DNA of 11,884 nucleotides from Promethearchaeota archaeon (GTDB lineage Archaea; Asgardarchaeota; Lokiarchaeia; Sigyniarchaeales; SOKP01): NCBI GenBank assembly GCA_016930515.1, contig JAFGGO010000181.1, positions 1 to 11,884 of the forward strand, read 5' to 3'. Shown piece by piece: positions 7,616 to 11,884 of this stretch (position 1 is its first letter; each line of letters starts with the position of its first letter). The notes under the pieces were generated by a model. It saw only the letters and a program-made list of their open reading frames with translations, ran no database searches and was not told where the DNA came from. The position numbers and the translations under genes were made by a program.

Positions 7616-7857
7616 ATGCTGGACCGGTCTACACTATGCGAGCTAAATTCAAATCTGGGCTCGTAGATAAGCGTACTCTACAATTTGGTTATAATGCTAA
7701 AAGATATTTTATATTATTATATTACCTTATCTTTTTTCCAATGTTTTACTAAAATTTCCCAAGTAATAAAAATTTTTCTATAATCTATTTAAAGATCATT
7801 AGATAGTGCTTTAACAACAGCAACAAAACACAATTGCTTAAAATCAGAAATGCGACA

Positions 7858-9483
7858 TCAAGAGTCTTTACTCCTTTTTCCTTTAAGCAATCCTAGCTCT
7901 TCTTTGGTGAAGTATTCCAAATATCCTTGTTCTTCGATAAATTGCACCACGGACGGAAATCCCGAGGAATATCGGAGCGCAATTTCGTCCTTAAACACCT
8001 TTTTCGCCTTTTCGTCTCCACTCGCAGCCAATTCTTTTAAAATGGGAAAGGCAACCTTCACATCCAAGATTCGAGTATCGTAATCGTGTTCGTACCAAGC
8101 CTGGATATTAGAACAATGTCCCCAGAACTCCTCTTCAGGCTCAACGATACCAATTGGTCTCCCTTGTTCGTACGAGTGGTCGTATTGTTCCATGATCTCG
8201 TTTATGCTATCAAATTCCCCGTATTCCGAAGCTTTTTCTACGGAAAGATTCATGAGCAGGTAAGAACATTGCAAGACGATCTTCCCGTTCACATATATCA
8301 AGGTCTTTTTCTTCCTCCACATTCCTTCTTCATCTGCCTCTTGCAGATCATTTACGAGTCTCACGGATATATACTCACTAATATCGAAGACTTCGAGGAA
8401 TTCGTACCATCGCTTCATTTCAAAATTAAGTCCAGTTTTTTTGTCAACAAGGTCAAAATCAAACGCAAATCCATAATTTTCAACCTTATCTCTCAATTCT
8501 TTTAAATATCCAGAATAACTTTTCGATCCTACTTCGAGGTCGAAATCAACAAAAGGTTTATAATTTATCTGCCCTTCAAACTGCCCGCAACCTAAATATC
8601 CGATTTGATCAAGCGAAGGCAAGTCATCGAAGATGTTTAAATCAATATATCTTATAGGACACCGAAAAACGCTAATGCTTCGAAGTTCTGGTAAATTTTT
8701 TAAATGTTCTATCTTCTCTATCGGATTTTCGTCGAGATTAATACCATCAAGGAAAGGAAGGTTTTCTAGGGCCTTAATTTCCCGAATATCGTTTTTTTTC
8801 AGATCCAAATATGTCAAAAACTCGATTCGGGTCGAAAGATCGAGTTCTTTAATTTTATTACGAGAAAGATATAAAGAAACAGGACATGTTAAAGAGCGAA
8901 AATCCCTCAGCTGATCGAGGTCTTTTACATCATTCTCGCTTGCGTCAATCTCTCTTAACGATCGACTTGATTTAAGGGATTCGAAACCATTTAACGACGC
9001 GAGTTTGTTTCTTTTGATATCAAGATGATTCAAGGAGGGAAGATTTTCGAGCCCATCTACTTGTACAAACTCGTTCTCAGACACATTTAAAGTCTCCAAT
9101 TCGGGTAAGTCCCTAATGTACTGCAAGGAGGATAACCCACATCTAGTGATCGCAAGACTTTTTAACGCCTTTAAGCACTGCAAGTGTTCTAAATTAGTAA
9201 TTGTACACTTAATTAAAGTTATTTCCCTTATCGATTTATTAATCCTTTCCGGTTTCATCGCAAATTTCACGATAGAACAATTCATTGCAAATACTTTAGA
9301 TGCTCTTTCGAAATAAATCGAGTTCAGATCTATTGGATCGTTGACATCGTGGATTGAAACGCTAAAAAGGCGAGAGTCAATTGTATCAGCAAAGATCGAT
9401 ACCTTTCCTCCCTCCTTTATGAGAGAATTGAAGAATTGAAGATTATTGTCAAAATCTTCTAGCTTTTTGTCAATGTGCGACAT
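7858..9483 (-). CDS. Leucine-rich repeat protein with C-terminal Lokiarchaeia-type conserved domain
   Basis: 541 aa. About 9-10 LRRs at aa ~85-300 (e.g. LETLNVSENEFVQVDGLENLPS). C-terminal domain 'TLIYVNGK..QCSYLL..PEEEFWGHCSNIQAWYEHDYDTRIL..AFPILKEL..GD..AKKVFKDEIALR..GYL', which I recall as highly expanded in Lokiarchaeia proteomes. Confidence 0.85.
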   Translation of the reverse strand: MSHIDKKLEDFDNNLQFFNSLIKEGGKVSIFADTIDSRLFSVSIHDVNDPIDLNSIYFERASKVFAMNCSIVKFAMKPERINKSIREITLIKCTITNLEHLQCLKALKSLAITRCGLSSLQYIRDLPELETLNVSENEFVQVDGLENLPSLNHLDIKRNKLASLNGFESLKSSRSLREIDASENDVKDLDQLRDFRSLTCPVSLYLSRNKIKELDLSTRIEFLTYLDLKKNDIREIKALENLPFLDGINLDENPIEKIEHLKNLPELRSISVFRCPIRYIDLNIFDDLPSLDQIGYLGCGQFEGQINYKPFVDFDLEVGSKSYSGYLKELRDKVENYGFAFDFDLVDKKTGLNFEMKRWYEFLEVFDISEYISVRLVNDLQEADEEGMWRKKKTLIYVNGKIVLQCSYLLMNLSVEKASEYGEFDSINEIMEQYDHSYEQGRPIGIVEPEEEFWGHCSNIQAWYEHDYDTRILDVKVAFPILKELAASGDEKAKKVFKDEIALRYSSGFPSVVQFIEEQGYLEYFTKEELGLLKGKRSKDS

Positions 9484-9489
9484 ATTTTA

Positions 9490-9494
9490 TCTCC
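9490..9494 (-). promoter_or_regulatory. Shine-Dalgarno site of the LRR gene
   Basis: The minus strand reads GGAGA-TAAAAT-ATG(9483). Confidence 0.6.
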
Positions 9495-9514
9495 ATTAAT
9501 AAAAATCAAAATTG

Positions 9515-9524
9515 AAAAAAAAAA
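9515..9524 (-). terminator. Possible oligo-T archaeal terminator
   Basis: T10 run on the minus strand, about 40 nt after the stop of the 9563 ORF. Confidence 0.4.
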
Positions 9525-9562
9525 TTATCGTTATCTTCATAAAAATAGTTGCGAGTCATCGT

Positions 9563-11884
9563 TTAGCCGTAAAGCCTGTTTAAATAAAGCGATCCTATAA
9601 ACAATTCGTCTAATTGAACTTGCATTGAAATGTCAGTAGGAGGATCGAATGATAAAATGTCAATCCCAGTAAAGAACTCCACGAAGAATGCTAAAGATTC
9701 GCGGTTAATATTAATTTTACCACGCACATCATCGTAAATCTCGTTGTAATATCGATTCCAATCGGTTAATTTTTTTATATCTTCTTGGTTTGTCGATCTC
9801 CCTAATATACGATTAATTTTCTTGTGAAGATAAGCAAAATCAACCCAATTTACCAGGTCAAGCTGAGCTGATATTGCACTTTTCTTTGTATTATCATTAG
9901 GATTAAGGTTTTCATTGGGTTTAATCAATAAATTATATGAGATTAAATGTGTAAAGAACGCGTATTCATCTGAAAACGCAGCATAATAATACTGCCCTCT
10001 TGCTTTAGGACTAATGGTAGAAAGAACGAAGTGTTCGGAAAAAAAACCATCGATAAACAGATTAAGTTGCTTTTGAGAACGACTGTACGCATTCATATCA
10101 TAATTAAATGTCGTACCTAAGCGTGTTAAGTCTGAAAGGTAATAATTCAAACTATTTGCATATACAGTACCTTCTCTAGTAGCAATATGAACTTTATATC
10201 CTTTCAATATTGCATCATAAATAGCAATTAAAGTTTCGCGATTTTCGGGAGATTCTGTAGTCTTACCTTCAGAAAAGTCCAAATAACGGCCTGCTCTAAG
10301 ATATACTCCTCTATCGAGAGGAATAACATTTCCATCCTTTGAAAGACTGGCATATGTGAATCTGAAAAACAATTTGTCTTCTAAATTTTTATAAGGTTTT
10401 AAATCTTGTTGGTTTCCCGCAGGAAGAAGGTTGTTCTCAATTTGCTTAAAACAGTTCCACGCTTGTCGAATAAATTGCGGTAATGCAATTAATTGTAATT
10501 GAATTCGCTTTTCCAAATTATTTTTAGCATCGAAATTTCGATAGATATTAAAACTTCCGTAGAACCTTTGCTGTACTTCCAAAAAACCATGGTTCTTAAA
10601 TAATTGATTTATCTCTGCAGATGTAAAGGTGATTTGAACTGAAACTACATATGTTCTCGAATATCTGAGGCTAAAGGTAAATGCTTGGTCAATCTCACCT
10701 AAATGTCCTTTTTTCGAATGATCTGATAACCAATTATAAATTCTATTTTTAATTGTATCGACATTTTCTCTACTTTCACTTGTTAATGACAAAAATTCAT
10801 TCTTAAATGCTAATTTAATCCTATTTTTAATATATGGCTTCAATTCTTGACCTTTTTCGTCTAAATTAGGCAATTTTATTGCTTCGATTTTCTGAAAAAC
10901 AAGTTTGGTTAAAACTTCATCAAATTGTTCTCGAATCACAAACATTTCATCATAATAATTTTGATAAGATAAATGTTGTAGAAAATTAGCTAAAGCAAGC
11001 TCGTATTTTGAAAAGGAGGCGATATTTGTATCTAAAACTATTTTTTCACCATCGACCCCCAATTCATTAGAACACAAAAACCAAGAAATTAAACTATGAT
11101 AATTAGAGATAGAGCTATCGAGAACAATTGCTTCTATTTCAGCAAGATTGTTAAAAGGTATTAAATTAAAATCGTGTGTATTTTCATCGATATGAAACTT
11201 TCCTTCTTTTAACATTTTTAAACCAAAAGGACCTGTTTTACTTGCGATTAAATTGCATAATTCTGTTAAACCTTGTGTGGTAAACAACTTTTGCCTGACA
11301 TTCTCTTTAATCTCACCACACGCTACGGCAAGTGCTTCGATAATTCTATATTCAGAATATAATTTAAGCAAGTTATTTGAAAAAGAATCTTCTTTAAATT
11401 GACGATAATCTTCGTAAGTAATACCATATTCATTTTTCAAATAGGTAAGGAATGGTTCGATATATGGTTTAATATCTTGAGGTAATATATTATTGTTAAT
11501 TAGTTTCCAATCGTATTCAGGAATTACAATACCTTCCTTTAATGGTTCTATTTTAATATTATGTGGTCTGAGTAAAAGAAACGGAATTTTCAATACTCTA
11601 ATTTCCGATAATTTTTGTATCGAATTTAACATCGCGTTGCCCAATATCTTGAGACTCACGCCATGTTCAATGGCTAGCTCTTCCAGGTCGTCTAACGACA
11701 GTCCAAGAGTTGCAAAGCTCTTGACAATCTCGGAAAGGAATCCGAGCTTGTACGCCTGCGTTATTGCCATCTCTTCGGTCTCGTAGCACATGAGCTCGCT
11801 GTAAGCCATCTCGTTGCCCACGACGAGGGTCGCTGCCGATAAGGACAGCTCGATATCGAAGCGTTCCATCGAGATCGCGGCCAC
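9563..11884 (-). CDS. Large hypothetical protein, C-terminal 773 aa (probably 5'-truncated by window edge)
   Basis: The uninterrupted ORF runs to the last base of the window, so the GTG at the edge is unlikely to be the true start. No confident family. Internal GC discontinuity near 11630. Confidence 0.8.
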   Translation of the reverse strand: MAAISMERFDIELSLSAATLVVGNEMAYSELMCYETEEMAITQAYKLGFLSEIVKSFATLGLSLDDLEELAIEHGVSLKILGNAMLNSIQKLSEIRVLKIPFLLLRPHNIKIEPLKEGIVIPEYDWKLINNNILPQDIKPYIEPFLTYLKNEYGITYEDYRQFKEDSFSNNLLKLYSEYRIIEALAVACGEIKENVRQKLFTTQGLTELCNLIASKTGPFGLKMLKEGKFHIDENTHDFNLIPFNNLAEIEAIVLDSSISNYHSLISWFLCSNELGVDGEKIVLDTNIASFSKYELALANFLQHLSYQNYYDEMFVIREQFDEVLTKLVFQKIEAIKLPNLDEKGQELKPYIKNRIKLAFKNEFLSLTSESRENVDTIKNRIYNWLSDHSKKGHLGEIDQAFTFSLRYSRTYVVSVQITFTSAEINQLFKNHGFLEVQQRFYGSFNIYRNFDAKNNLEKRIQLQLIALPQFIRQAWNCFKQIENNLLPAGNQQDLKPYKNLEDKLFFRFTYASLSKDGNVIPLDRGVYLRAGRYLDFSEGKTTESPENRETLIAIYDAILKGYKVHIATREGTVYANSLNYYLSDLTRLGTTFNYDMNAYSRSQKQLNLFIDGFFSEHFVLSTISPKARGQYYYAAFSDEYAFFTHLISYNLLIKPNENLNPNDNTKKSAISAQLDLVNWVDFAYLHKKINRILGRSTNQEDIKKLTDWNRYYNEIYDDVRGKININRESLAFFVEFFTGIDILSFDPPTDISMQVQLDELFIGSLYLNRLYG

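Larger units (their letters stand above)
7506..7643 (-). tRNA. trnD: tRNA-Asp(GUC) with two introns, CCA encoded
   Basis: The spliced 78-nt sequence is GCTCGCA TA GTGT AGACCGGTCCA GCAT | A CGGGA CTGTCAC TCCTG | TGAC CCGGG TTCAAAT CCCGG TGCGAGC G CCA. It has a perfect 7-bp acceptor stem and 5-bp T stem, anticodon GTC (7577-7575), Asp identity elements G73, C38 and G10-U25, and archaeal G15 and A57. Exons: 7643-7616, 7585-7568, 7537-7506. Confidence 0.95.

Noticed and set aside
7850-11786. Plus-strand ORFs 7850-8083, 8086-8505, 8633-8914, 9116-9316, 11493-11786
   Set aside because: Antisense to well-supported minus-strand genes.

Overview
AT-rich archaeal window, very probably from an Asgard archaeon (Lokiarchaeia/Promethearchaeota-like). 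This is inferred from the 'EFWGHCSN..AW...YDTR..AFP.L' domain and from a tRNA with archaeal BHB-type introns. The left part (1-7167) looks like a defence-type cluster next to the 3' end of a tRNA gene: a partial unknown ORF, a HEPN (RxxxxH) protein, an LRR + nitrilase (E-K-C triad) fusion, and a convergent 1259-aa NLR-like protein (HsdR-N PD-(D/E)xK nuclease + NACHT + helical repeats). The centre holds a tRNA-Asp(GUC) gene (minus strand, 7506-7643) split by two 30-nt non-canonical introns at 25/26 and 43/44, which leave the anticodon arm on an 18-nt micro-exon. Beside it is a candidate small RNA or small ORF at about 7291-7393. The right part holds an LRR + Loki-type-domain gene, preceded by the 3' end of a large unknown ORF with an abrupt internal GC shift (about 53% to about 27%), suggestive of a swapped, polymorphic-toxin-like C-terminus. 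No database searches could be run; family calls rest on motifs read by eye.
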